Of a stretch of 64,000 nucleotides of DNA, positions 38,862 to 51,543 are shown one piece after another (positions within the stretch are counted from its first letter, which is position 1; the number at the start of each line of letters is the position of its first letter). The translations under genes and the position numbers were made by a program. The stretch spans positions 212,660,001 through 212,724,000 of the forward strand of contig OX597815.1 in the NCBI GenBank assembly GCA_951406725.2, read 5' to 3'. The DNA is from Octopus vulgaris. Taxonomy: Eukaryota. The notes under the pieces were generated by a model, which searched no databases, was not told where the DNA came from, and worked only from the letters and a program-made list of their open reading frames with translations.

Positions 38862-39185
38862 ATTGTCCATTGGATGCAAATAAAGATTATACTTTCCTTC
38901 TAAGAATGTAAATTAATTTCAAGGTAAATCCTAAACTTCATGAAATAATATCTTCTTTAGAGAGGGGAGATGCTATCAATTCCCACCAGATGGTTCTTCA
39001 ATTATGAAGGAAATAACAGTTAATTAAAAACTACTTGCATCCAGAATTCAGTACATTCCCCTTAACTTACACCTTGTTAGCTTTTGGATATTTGGTCATA
39101 TTCTTTCTTCCAAAATTCATATTGATAATATTCAGATATCTATATTCTAACAGACATCTATATCATTCCAACACAAACTCTAGAG

Positions 39186-39443
39186 CAGCATTTCTCAACC
39201 AGGGTTCCCTAGAACCCAAGGTGCAAAAGGTTCCTAGGGGTTCTGTGAGAAAGAGTGAGATAAGCTGATGCTAATTTCATGATTGAAATATATATATATA
39301 TATATATGATATTTACCACATGAACTAAGATGAAAAAATATGAGAAAGACATAGTATATAATTTTTTTGTTTTGTGCAGGGGTTCCTTGAGACATGTAAT
39401 TTATTTTAAGGGTTATACAAGGGTAAAAGGCTGAGAAACGCTG
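39186..39443. mobile_element. hAT-type MITE
   Basis: CAGCATTTCTCAACC...GGCTGAGAAACGCTG TIRs with a perfect 8-bp TSD CTCTAGAG. Confidence 0.88.
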
Positions 39444-40455
39444 CTCTAGAGTATGCTACAAACACTCACTTCAGTTTCTTTTTCTTTTTCTATAACATTA
39501 ATTCAATAAAAGAGTAGTCTTCAAAATATATTAAGATGAAATACTGGATAATTAAGAAAATTTTTACTTTTGCAACATGAGAGAGAGAGAGAGCAAATGT
39601 TTCACAGCTTTCTAACAATCCAACAACCTTGGGGGTGGATTCCTGCTTGTCCACAGCCCCTTCTTGATTGATGTGCACTTTGTTGTTGCTGTTGTTGTTG
39701 GCTGTAAGTGTCTAATTTCCCAACTTTAGAAGCCTCCCCAGTACAGGCAATATTCTGGTAGCTATTTTCAGCTGAGTGGGGAGGGAGAATAAGCAGCTGA
39801 TATCAATCCCACTCTTACTTGTTGGTATTTTCATCTCCGTCAACCAGATAAGTAGAGCAATATGTTTTGCTTAAGGCACAAAACAATGTTTGCATGATGC
39901 ATATTTACTATGGCCTTTTTTTTTTTTTTTTTTTGCTTAGAGAAGAAGGAGCAACATCCATGACCTTTGCGGGGAACTACCAAACTGATGTGGGGAAATA
40001 AGATATAAAAGCTTTTGACTCTTGGGATACAGCAGTTGGAAAACAGGATATCAAGATATTGTTTTATCCTTGCACTTGGTTCAAATACTTGCAATGAAGC
40101 AGACTTCATTAAAGACCTCCAAGTTCAGGTGATGAGACCATATTTACAGAGGTTCAAATTTATTAAAAAAAAATTTGTTAGTACTTATTAGTACTATGCA
40201 TGTTTTTATTCTTTCATTATTTTGTTCAACTGAAATGTGAATGGTAGAAGTAGTATACAAAAGTATATTTGTGTGTATGTATTTTATGTATACATAAGTA
40301 TACCTTGTTCGTGTTGGCTTGACTTTTAACAACATGAGGTTGATAAAAATAAGGATCACTTAAGTTATTAAGGTCAATCTAGTCAATCATTTCTTGCCTT
40401 GAAATTTGTGGTCAGTTGCCCATATTAGAAATCCTTAATTGTTTATAAGCATTGA

Positions 40456-40677
40456 CCCTTTAGCATTCTGATCACTCTATCAAATGTAATGTTTATTTAT
40501 TCATGTTGTTGTGAATTACTCATGCTTTGTCTTGTAGCTTCGAAGTTTCAATGATGGGATTCTTTACTTGAGGCATGACATTGTAGGGTAGGTGTGAGAA
40601 GCTCAATCTGGCTCGTTTGAACATAAAAAAGGGAAGAATATTTGGGTCAGGTATGGCTGGCTTAAATGCTAAAAGGG
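40456..40677. mobile_element. piggyBac-type MITE, family E
   Basis: CCCTTTAGCATT...AATGCTAAAAGGG. Confidence 0.75.
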
Positions 40678-40715
40678 TTGTTGTCTTTTGTTCCACTGCT
40701 AGGACCATACTCTAT

Positions 40716-41344
40716 TTACTCTTTTACTTGTTTCAGTCATTTGACTGTGGCCATGCTGGAGCACCGCCTTTCAGTCGAGCAAATCGACTCCAGGACTTAT
40801 TCTTTATAAGCCTAGTACTTATTCTATTGGTCTCTTTCGCTGAACAGCTAAGTTACGGGGACGTAAACACACCAGCATTGGTTGTCAAGTGATGGCGAGC
40901 TGGCAGAAACATTAGCACGCCGGGCGAAATCCTTAGCGGTATTTCATCTGCGTTACGTTGTGAGTTCGAATTCCGCCAAGGTCAACTTTGCCTTTCATCC
41001 TTTCGGGGTCGATAAATTAAGTACCAGTTACGCACTGGGGTCGATGTAATCGACTTAATACCTATGTCTGTCCTTGTTTGTCCCCTCTGTGTTTAGCCCC
41101 TTGTGGGTAATAAAGAAATAGGTTGTCAAGCGATGGTTGGGGAACAAACACAGACACACAAACATATACACACATATGACAGGCTTTTTTCAGTTTCCGT
41201 CTACCAAATCCACTCACAAGGCTTTGGTCAGCCTGAGGCTATATAGCAGAAGACACTTGCCCAAGGTGCCACGCAGTGGGACTGAACCTGGAACCATGTG
41301 ATTGGTAAGCAAGCTGCTTACCACACAGCCACTCCTACGCCTAT
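40716..41344 (-). mobile_element. SINE A with a full-length SINE B inserted (40894-41120, plus)
   Basis: 14-bp TSD GGTTGTCAAGYGAT at 40880-40893 and 41121-41134. Confidence 0.88.
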
Positions 41345-41962
41345 GTTCACTAAGTTTTTACTTGGTGAGTTCTGTTATATTAGGTTTCACATCCAAACTG
41401 AAATTTGCATACAACTTGTAAGTGGGAGTATATGAACTACATTTAACTGCTTATCATCAAAATTGGTCTGCCATCTACACAGTATATTTACAGTCTATGA
41501 TGTTCCTTCAATTAGCATAGCTTTAATAAGTCAGTCAACTATCCTCTTGTGGTGGACTGTAACAACAACCATTACATTCAAATATATCTACCTATCTATC
41601 TAGCCACCACTATCATCATTGTCATCCTATTAATAAACAGCCTATAAAGAGTCAACAATAATTATCCATGACAAATGTTGTAGGCTGTAGTGTCATAAGT
41701 AAGTTGATCTTCTCTACTTGTTTCTGTCCTCACCGACCACAGTCCTGTTGCAAATGCTAATCTCCAATCTCTTTAGCCGAACCCTTTTATCTCAATTAGA
41801 GTTTATTCCAATTTTTCATACAAACACTACTACTAACAACTATAAGTAGAGTTAGTTGTCATGGCAATCTATTCTTTGAATATGTCCAAACCAGTGGGGA
41901 GTTTCAGCATGGAAAAATGGAAAAGATATTTCAGAATATCTTCTCCATGCTAAGAATCTTAA

Positions 41963-42182
41963 CCCTTTCGTTACCGTATTTATTTTGAGATGCTCTGTGT
42001 TTCTTTCAATTACTTTAAATATAACAAAGAATTTAGTAAAATAACTTAGTCATCATTCAGCTAGCGTTAGGAACATAAATTGTGACTAAGGTTTGGTGGA
42101 AGATTTTAATTCAAAACTTTTGAAAACAGGACATTTGTACTCAAAACCAGAACCGGTTTCAGCCGGGTTGGTAACGAAAGGG
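41963..42182. mobile_element. piggyBac-type MITE, family F
   Basis: Perfect 13-bp TIR CCCTTTCGTTACC/GGTAACGAAAGGG with TTAA on both sides. Confidence 0.9.
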
Positions 42183-42237
42183 TTAACTTTTTCTAGGATG
42201 AGTGTTCTTGGTCTTGCCTTTCGCTATGATGTTCATA

Positions 42238-42532
42238 TGATGCAAATATATGGGAAACTACCACCTGTGTCATCTCTTGTGAAAGGTAGGAGAGTCCAGT
42301 TTGCTGGACATTGTTGTAGAGCTGAAAAAGAGGTAATTTCTATTCTTCTCCTCTGGAAGCCATCTACTCGCAATACCAGAGGGCGCACACTCTCCTACCC
42401 TGATGTAATCTCCATGGATACAGGCATCCAGCAACAGGACCTCCGTAATGCCATGATGGACCGTGAAGTCTGGCGTAGCATGGTAAATTCCATTGTCTCG
42501 ACCACGGTCGAACAATGATGATGATGATGATG
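42238..42532 (+). mobile_element. 5'-truncated RTE-type LINE 3' end
   Basis: Open frame QIYGKLPPVSSLVKGRRVQFAGHCCRA...AMMDREVWRSMV, stop, then (TGA)n tail. Confidence 0.8.
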
Positions 42533-42895
42533 TTCATGATCTGTCTCATGTGTTTCATCATGAATGCATGCAACATTTTTGGTCTGTTTTCAATATATCG
42601 TCCATGCCTCCAATCCATAAATGAGTGGATTTTATTATCGTTGTTACTCAGTATACTTTGCACTTCATATGAACCAAGACTGTGTTTGTTGTTCCACAGT
42701 CACTCTCTCATTCTTCCAAATGCTTATGTTGTGATCTAGTTAGTCACAGTGCTTTGCCATCGCTATTGATTGTACTGTCAGAAAAATATATTGGTTTGGC
42801 TTTACTACTGTCTGTCAATCGGTAAAGATGGGACGAGATTGTTCCACTCAGCTCAAATCAAGACCTAGCAGATAAAGAACTTCAATCTTCTGGAT

Positions 42896-43291
42896 ACTCT
42901 CTTTTACTTGTTTCAGTCATTTGACTGCAGCCATGCTGGAGCACCACCTTTAGTCAAGCAAATCGACCCCAGGACTTATTCTTTGTAAGCCTAGTACTTA
43001 TTCTATCGGTCTCTTTTGCCAAACTACTAAGTTATGGGGACGTAAACACTCCAGCATCAGTTGTCAAGTGATGTTGGGTGGGTAAAACAGACACACAAAC
43101 ACACACACACACGCATATATATATACATATATATGACAGGCTTCTTTCAGTTTCCGTCTACCAAATCCACTCACAAGGCTTTGGTCGGCCTGAGGCTATA
43201 GTAGAAGACACTTGCCCAAAGTTCCACGCAGTGGGACTGAACCCAGAACCATGTGGTTGGTAAGCAAGCTACTTACCACACAGCCACTCCT
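42896..43291 (-). mobile_element. SINE family A
   Basis: Full-length match. Confidence 0.85.
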
Positions 43292-44677
43292 CAATTTTCA
43301 AGCCAATCTTTCTGGCTGCACTGTCAAAAGCACCCATCAAGCTCTGCAGTCCTCTACACTATGGGAGATGAGAGCAGAGACACCAGCAAATGACATTTCT
43401 TTCAGTAACATGTTTGTGGTCTTAGTCTTAGTCTTGTCTCTATGTACAGAACTTCAGCTGCATTGCAGAATGGTTTCCAAAGTATCACTGGAAAATAAAG
43501 TGAGAAAAAGTTTTGCCCCAGTGAGCAGCCCTGCCCAACTCCCATTGTAACTTCAGACTATGTAGAGTTGGGGTTCAACCCACCCTGGGTGAACGCCGTC
43601 ACAAGTACAAGTACAAGTAAGATATGGTCGGTTTACATGTTAAAGGGTTAATTGTGCACTGCTTTCTATGCCAGCTAACATGAGCCTCTGCAGACCTTTT
43701 ATACTCGGTATCTATGGCTCACTGCCATGCAGCAGCACACTTCACATAGTCTATCTTTTGCACAAGTAAAGAGAGTCACTTGCTGCTATCAGGAGCAAAA
43801 GCTCTTTCAACTTCTGCTACTCCATCTTAAGCTACTGTACTACCACCACCACCACCACCATGCCAGCAGCACTAATTATGTTACCCAGATAATAGGAGCT
43901 TATCTTTAACACATAATGAGCCTTCTGAACAATTTATGGGTGCTCCTAATGCTAATTGCTCCATTACATCCAATGCATCGGAGTTCTCTGTCAATCTGCC
44001 AGAGATGCAACAGCATATTTTGCATGTTTTTATGTATGCATTGGTTCACAATATCAAATTCTTACCCTCTCCATTCCTATGTTTAGAACATGGTCACTCA
44101 CCAGAAGTCACGAGGATTTATGAATTGAAACAAACCACAAATGGCATTAGGATTCATTAGTGGTAATTATTTTAGCACAAGACCACCACGCATGAAGATG
44201 CATGATCTATTAGTGTAATTCTCACTCTACATTGAAATGGTTTTTAAATATTCCTCCAAAAATAGTTTCAAGAGCTTTTTTTAAGCTAAATCACACATGC
44301 ATGCACACATGCAAATAAATAAGTGGAATTGGAAATGTCTGTATTTCATTTACCTGTGTCTAGGTAAACAAGTGCAGCTACAGCTAACTGTCGTACTTAC
44401 CAATAATATGATCAAAGCAGGAAAAGGATGCATATCTTATGCCCATTAGAATAAAGTTTCAGCTTCAAACAACATTTGCCAGAAGTCCAACTCCTGCCAG
44501 TATGGAAACTAGACATTAGATGATGATGGTATTTCTTTTTTATTAATTTCAAGAATAATTTTGAATAAACTTGGCATTATTATATTCCGTCTACCAAATC
44601 CACTCACAAGGCTTTGGTTGGCCTGAGACTATAGCAGAAGACTCTTCAAAATTTGCAGTTATTTTTGCAAAGCTATA

Positions 44678-44955
44678 ATGGAAGTGCAAAGGAGCATATT
44701 TGACATATTTTGCTTTATGAGTTCAATAAAGGCAACAATGCAACGGAAAGTGTGAGGAATATTAATGCAGTAAATGGGGATCAGACAATAAGTGTAAGCC
44801 AGTTTCAACAGTGGTTTTAGAAATTCCGAGTTGGAAACTACAGCCAACAAGACAAGCTTTGTCTTGGAAGATCTGTGGAGCTTGACGAGGACATCCTGCA
44901 TTCCCTAGTGGAACAAAATCTCATTATAACTGTTGAAGAACTAGCAGAGAAGCAT
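44678..44955 (+). pseudogene. mariner transposase N-terminal (HTH) relic
   Basis: With one frameshift and stops: KEHI*HILLYEFNKGNNATESVRNINAV.GDQTISVSQFQQWF*KFRVGNYS...GRSVELDEDILHSLVEQN...TVEELAEK. Confidence 0.85.
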
Positions 44956-45701
44956 GTGTGTACATGTGTATTGTTATATTCTTTTCTACTCTAGGCACAA
45001 TGCCCAAAATTTTTGGGGAGGGGGGTCAGTCAATTATATTGACCCCAGTACACAACTGGTACTTAATTTATCACCCTCAAAAGGATGAAAGGCAAAGTCA
45101 ACCTCAGCAAAATTTGAACTCAGAATGTAAAGACAGACAAAACATCGGTAAGCATTTCGCCCAGCGTGTTAACGATTTTGCCAACTTGCCGCCTTATATG
45201 TATGTTTATATTCCATGCCATCAGAACCTGACAATATCCTCATGACCAACTGGCTGGCTGCAGGAATTTCTGTATGCCTATGGCCTAGTCCTCACAGCTG
45301 AATGGCAGAACAAATGTGTTTGAAGGAAAGGAGACAGAATGCTACTACCAGCGGAGAATGGCCATGTTTGACATATTGAGAAGTATACAGAGGAATTCTA
45401 CACGGTATACCTAGCGTAAAATATGAGTGCATAAAAAAAATGTCATGGGATCAGAGGCAGGGTGATAGAGATTAAAGATTTCCTTTGTAGCAAATGTGAA
45501 AGAATAATTAACACTAAGAACAACTACAAATTAGCAATTGCAGTGTGGAAGATACAAATTAGCCAATCAGAATCATTGTAAGACTATAAACTTCATAAAA
45601 ACATTTATTTGTAAATATGGTGTCAAAATTTTCATCACTTGAAATTGCGACCGGGTCACTGACAAAAAGTGTGCAACGCCATATTACAAATAAATATTTG
45701 A

Positions 45702-45916
45702 CCCTTTAGCATTCAGATTACTCCGTCAAATGTAGCATATTTACATTCTTTTGAATTAAATCAAACATTATTTCGTAGTTTTGAGATTTCAATGGTGTGA
45801 TTGTTTATTTTTAGAATGACTTTGTAGGGTAGGTGTGAGAGGCCAGATCTGGTCACTACGTACATAAAACAGGTAGAATATCTGGCCTTGATATTGTCAG
45901 TTTAAATGCTGAAGGG
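45702..45916. mobile_element. piggyBac-type MITE, family E
   Basis: CCCTTTAGCATT...AATGCTGAAGGG. Confidence 0.75.
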
Positions 45917-46182
45917 TTGAGTGAAGTTAATTACCTTTGTGTGTTTCTGAATGGCTAACTTATGTTTTCTATGCTGCAAGCAATCTCAGATCAACAACAC
46001 CTGCCATGCAAGTACACCTCTGTAAATTGTAAATTAAATTCTTTTAAATACCCAAAAATCTTCCGAGAAGTAGTCAATACCATAGTTTCTGGCACAGAAG
46101 TTGAATTTTTCATGCCAAAATTTACATCCGAAAGAGTAAGATCAACTTATACACCAAGATGACTTTGGAAGAACAAAACTAC

Positions 46183-46412
46183 CTATTTCTTTACTACCCA
46201 CAAGGGGCTAAACATAGAGGGGACAAACAAGGGCAGGCAAACGGATTAAGTCGATTACATCGACCCCAGTGCGTAACTGGTACTTAATTTGTCGACCCCA
46301 AAAGGATGAAAGGCAAAGTCAACCTCAGCGTAATTTGAACTCAGAACGTAACGGCAGACGAAATACGGCTACGAATTTCACCCGGAGTGCTAACGTTTCT
46401 GCCAGCTCACAG
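46183..46412 (-). mobile_element. SINE family B
   Basis: Full-length match. Confidence 0.82.
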
Positions 46413-46504
46413 CCCTATACCAAGTGAAATGCAGCACGATTTGGAAAGATAGTGACAATATTTGAATGTTTACACTACATATTGTGTCAACTTATATGAC
46501 AGAA

Positions 46505-47072
46505 AATACAGTAGTTTCTATTATCTAGATAGCTTAATTAGCAGTGGAGGAGGGTGCTCTGAAAGTATAGTAACCAGAGTAAAAACTGTGGTAAGAAAGG
46601 GATTCTCTCTTCAAATGAAGACCAGATTGTATGATATTCGTGTATGTGATAGCATCCAGAAGCATCATACAATGTTATGTTAAATGGCAGCAAAACATGA
46701 GAAGCCAATGTGGAGAAAGTATAAAGGCTGGAAAGAAATGAAGCAAATATGTTGCCTGGGTGTGTAATGTTAGTGTACATAAACAACAGAGTACAAATGA
46801 ACTTGCAGGAAAACTAGGTGTAAGGTACCTAGTTCTGGTATAGAAAGGTAATGCTTGTGGAGAATGACAATTAAGTAAAGAAGTACTAAGTGATCTAAGT
46901 GGAAGGAACCTGTGGAAAAGAAAAATCAAGGAAGATATGGAAGAAATGGTGAAGGCTAATCTCGAGATGCTGAACTTCATGAAATACATAACAAAGAACC
47001 ACAAGTTGTGAGACACTTGTCCAATACCACCATAGATAGAAAGATGGATATAAGAATTATGATGACGATGAT
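46505..47072 (+). pseudogene. decayed RTE-clade LINE C-terminal region
   Basis: SFYYLDSLISSGGGCSESIVTRV...KGFSLQMKTRLYD...RLERNEANML, ending in a (GAT)n-like tail. Confidence 0.72.
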
Positions 47073-48187
47073 GTGTATTTTTATATATACACACACAAAC
47101 ATAAACAATTGTGTGTGTGTGTGTTTTCCCAGTAAGTGCTGGCTAATTTCTTTGATATATTTTAAACACATATCCAATACAATAACATAAAAAGGATGCA
47201 CTTTTCTGACCACACCAAGACCTAAGTATGAAACAATGTCTACTTTATTCAGAAACGGAAACCTGTCTATCCAGCAGAGAGAAGTGTTAGCATCCTCTAA
47301 GTATGAGTTTTTTGACAAAAAAATATTACACGAGGACTGTATTACTTCTTAAAACTTTATATTCTGTAAACTTCATTTAAATACAATGATAAAAATAATG
47401 AACATCCGTAATTAGTTGGGTTTTTTTTTTTTTTTTCTTTTTTTTCCTTCCATAATTTTACAAAGCAGTTATTCAAAACCATATATATTGCTATATAAGA
47501 GATTAATTTCTCTGTGCAGAAACTTCACAGAGTAAGGTAAAAGATCATTCATGAACAAAGACCTCTTCTCAGTCACCATGAACCATGACAAGAATGGTTT
47601 CGGGCTTAGGAATAAAAGAAAAACATGATCTCAATGAGATCTGAAGAAAACATTGACTGATGCCAGGTATTTATTTGTGTAATCTGTCAAGTTGATCACT
47701 TCAGAAACTAGAGCAATATATTTCTTTGTTTTGAGCCGATGCAGTAATGGTTATTTGTTGCACAGGACAAATCTCCAATATTTGTCAACAGTCTCCAATA
47801 TCTGAGAATGTTTACAACTATAATACAACTGTGCTACACGTCCCAAGAAGCAAAATCCCTAGGAGTAAGAAAAGGGAGGGAGGGGTACAGAGAGAGAGAG
47901 AGAGAGAGAGATAGAAAGAGAGTGGTAATAAGATTGGGAGACTGAAAGAGTTGAGGTTAATTTACTTCCAGAATACATTATAGATGAGCTTTTACAAACT
48001 GTTACATTTGAAATGCATGTGTGTGTGCATTTGCGCATGTAATTAGATTCATCCCTCAAGAACAACAAATGAGCACTCAGTAACAAAAAGGTATAGGAAA
48101 AGATTAACTTTCACAAAAGATTTGTTTTAAGTGGAGTTTGTGTAGAGTCTGCCTCCATTCGCTCCTAATTATATAACATACATTGAT

Positions 48188-48553
48188 ACTAAGCACCTTT
48201 CCAAACTCCACCCGTCTAACACCCGTGGACATGTTTACAAAGTCAGAAAACAGCACAGCTCCCATGACTTTCGGAAACATTTTTTCACGCTAAGAGTTGC
48301 TGAAGCATGGAACAAACTGCCGGCATCAGTTGTTAGTTGTCGGAACACTGCATCCTTCAAAACTTCCATGCTTCCTGAGATTCCCCAACACTACACCTGA
48401 TTTTCTCCCCTCCATAAACACGTAAGCACGTATCTGACTCATAGACTGTTCACTTTCCAGACATTCGTACATTACTGCATATGCTTTATACGCACTTTTG
48501 ACAAGGTGTGGTGCACCTGAGCAATGCTTACAATAATTTCATTATTATTATTA
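48188..48553 (+). mobile_element. CR1-clade LINE 3' end
   Basis: SNTRGHVYKVRKQ...RKHFFTLRVAEAWNKLPASVV, stop, short 3' UTR and (ATT)n tail. Confidence 0.85.
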
Positions 48554-49394
48554 TAGACAGTGTACCACATTCCAGAAACATAAAAGACACATACTAGAGA
48601 AGGGAAGGTTGTAAACCCCTAACAGATCTCCCTTATTGTCACAGTCCAGCATATGTAAAGTTGCCTTTGCCAAAGTTTACCTAATAACAGCAAACATACA
48701 GCTAAGTGCATCATCATCATTTAACACCCCCTTTCCCATGCTTGCATGGCTCAGACAGCAAATTTTTACCTTTCCTGTTACCAATTCCCACTTGTTTCCA
48801 AACAAAGAAATACCTTACCATGGCCAAAAATCTTTTTCACAGAAGACTGGAAGTGAAAAATCTCAACTTGCTGACAATGACACTCACTTATAATCATGAT
48901 GGGACAAGGACATATGCATACACACATGCAGCCACACACACATACGAAAATACAAAGGGCTTCTTTCAGTTTCTACCTACCAAATCAACACACAAGGTTT
49001 TCACTGGCCCAGAGCTATAGCAGAAGACATTTTCCTAAGACCACGTCTTGAGAAGCAAGCTTCTCAACCACAGCCATAAAATAACATACATAACTCTAAC
49101 ATAAGTGCAACAAATTCCTGCTGATATGGTTGAAATTTTTAAACAGCCCCATCTCCAATTCACCATCTCAAGTGTTTCTATATCTCCACACACTATTATT
49201 GCAAGAGAGCCATTGATCCTATGTTGATTCCATTCATGCTTTTGATGAGTCTTGTTTCAGTCCTACAGAATTTCAAACAACCCTCTTCACTCATGACCTG
49301 ATAATGTAATAGGATGTACAAGATCCCAGAAGCACACACACATTGTTCATTGTGAGCACAGGATTTGAGGTGTCCTTTTATTTTCTGACAACTG

Positions 49395-49853
49395 TGAACT
49401 TGAGTCAAGTACATGAACATGAACATCGAAATAAATATCAATGGAAATAGTAGTTGTGATACCTGTGCCAGTGGCACATAAAAAAATCACCATCCGTACG
49501 TGGCCGTTGCCAGCTCCGCCTCGACTGGCTCCAGTGCCGGTGGCACATAAAAAAGCACCATCCGAATGTAGCCGTTGCCGGCGCCACCTTGGCTGGCTTC
49601 TGTGCCGGTGGCACATTAAAAGCTCCATCCGTCCGTGGCCGATGCCAGACCCCCCTGGCACCTGTGCAGGTGGCATGTAAAAAGCACCCACTACACTCGT
49701 GGAGTGGTTGGCGTTAGGAAGGGCATCCAGCTGTAGAAACACTGCCAGATCAGACTGGAGCCTGGTGCAGCCTTCTGGCTTCCCAGATTCCCGGTCGAAC
49801 CGTCCAACCCATGCTAGCATGGTAAACGGACGTTAAACGATGATGATGATGAT
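49395..49853 (+). mobile_element. long family D copy with internal subrepeats of about 60-70 bp
   Basis: Four GTGCMRGTGGCAY-RT-(A)n-GCACC-type motifs precede the conserved 3' tail and (GAT)n. Confidence 0.85.
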
Positions 49854-51494
49854 GTGAACTGCCATGAAGAGTGACCTGAAAAACCAGACCTTCTAAAAGG
49901 ACAGAAAACCAAGTGGTCAATGGTTACCTAGCTATAGTAAGAATACAGCAATTCTCCAGATGATGGACCCCCAAAAATCTCAACCATGACAACAGGAGTT
50001 TGGTGTATCACATTGCATTATTTTTGCCAGGTTCTAAAGGACTCATTTTTCAGGTAACAAGATGTGATATAAACTCAGATCACACAGAGATGAATGAGAT
50101 ACAGCAAAGCACCATCTTCAATGCACGAAAATTGACTGGGGTCGGTATTTGAAATGAGAGCACAAAGAGACCTGGAACATATACCTTGAAGCATTCTATA
50201 CAAAGCTCTAATGATGCTACCAATTTGGCAGCCAATGCACTATATATCCTGACAGACAGACAGACGGGAATGCAGGTATGCATGTATACATAAATATGTA
50301 CACACATACATTTTTTTTGCTTTGCTTTGCTTTTAGTCTATTCCACAACACTCATGGACGCTGCACAGCACCTTGCCCTGAGTTGACCAATACTTTGGGA
50401 GTGAATTTGATAGATGGAAACTGTGTGGAAACCCATTATACACACACAATATATGTATGTACGTGAATATGTATGTCTATATATGCGTGTGTTTTTGCCA
50501 CACCACCACTGGACAACCGGTGGTGGTTTGTTTATGTCTCTGTAACTTAGCAGTTTGGCAAAAGAGAAATAAGGGACTGACAGATTAAGTAGCAAACTTA
50601 AAATTAAGTACTGGGGGAAATCTGTTTCACTAAAACCTTCCAAGGTGGTGCCCCAGCATGGCAGCAGTCCAGTGACTGAAAGAAATAAAAGCTATAAAAT
50701 ACATAAGCAGTAGGCATTGTAGGATTTAAGCGTGACAGTGTTTATGTCCACAGAAATGCACTTTTATCAAGAATGTTGTGGCAAAAAGTGCCAGCTTGTT
50801 TAGGAAGAGTAAATAGAGCCAGTGTGTATATATATATAATTATAGTGTCTATGCATCTATGGAGATTGGGGGGTTACTTGAAGAACAAGAAATTTTATAT
50901 GCATCATGAAATCTGTAGGGATAAAATAAAAGGGGGCACACTGAGAAATTAAAAAAAAAAACTATAAAAAAAAAAGACAAATGGAAAAGAACCTCGTGAG
51001 TTGAAATATGAGACGATTTGGAAAGATACTGACAGACAGATTAGAGAAAGATAGCATATAAGTTGAAAAGAAAAGTGAGACAGGTTCCACCACCACCACC
51101 ACCACCACCACCACTACTACTGCTGCTGTTGTTGCTGTTGCTACTACTGCTACCACTACCAGTAATTGACTACTACCACCAATGTTATTTTAGCATAACA
51201 ACAGCTGCTACTAGATGTAATGAAATAATAATTATGATGACTATTCTGTGTGTTTAATTAGGTACACAATTGCTCCTGATGAGATATGTGACTCACCTAA
51301 ACCATGGCTGACCACTACCAGGAGGACAAATGATCGGCTTTGAATCAAGCTAACCACTTAACACTGGTCCTGTCAGTTACGATTCACCAGAGCTTAGCCC
51401 GATGAGATCACATCAAAGCATACTCTGAAGCAAAGATTAACTTCTAAAACCCTATACGGATAATCAAAATTTGCTTTTCCACATATATTTCTAC

Positions 51495-51543
<49 letters not shown>

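Noticed and set aside
42093-42518. 141-aa ORF as a host gene
   Set aside because: Chance read-through from a piggyBac MITE into the 3' end of an RTE LINE.
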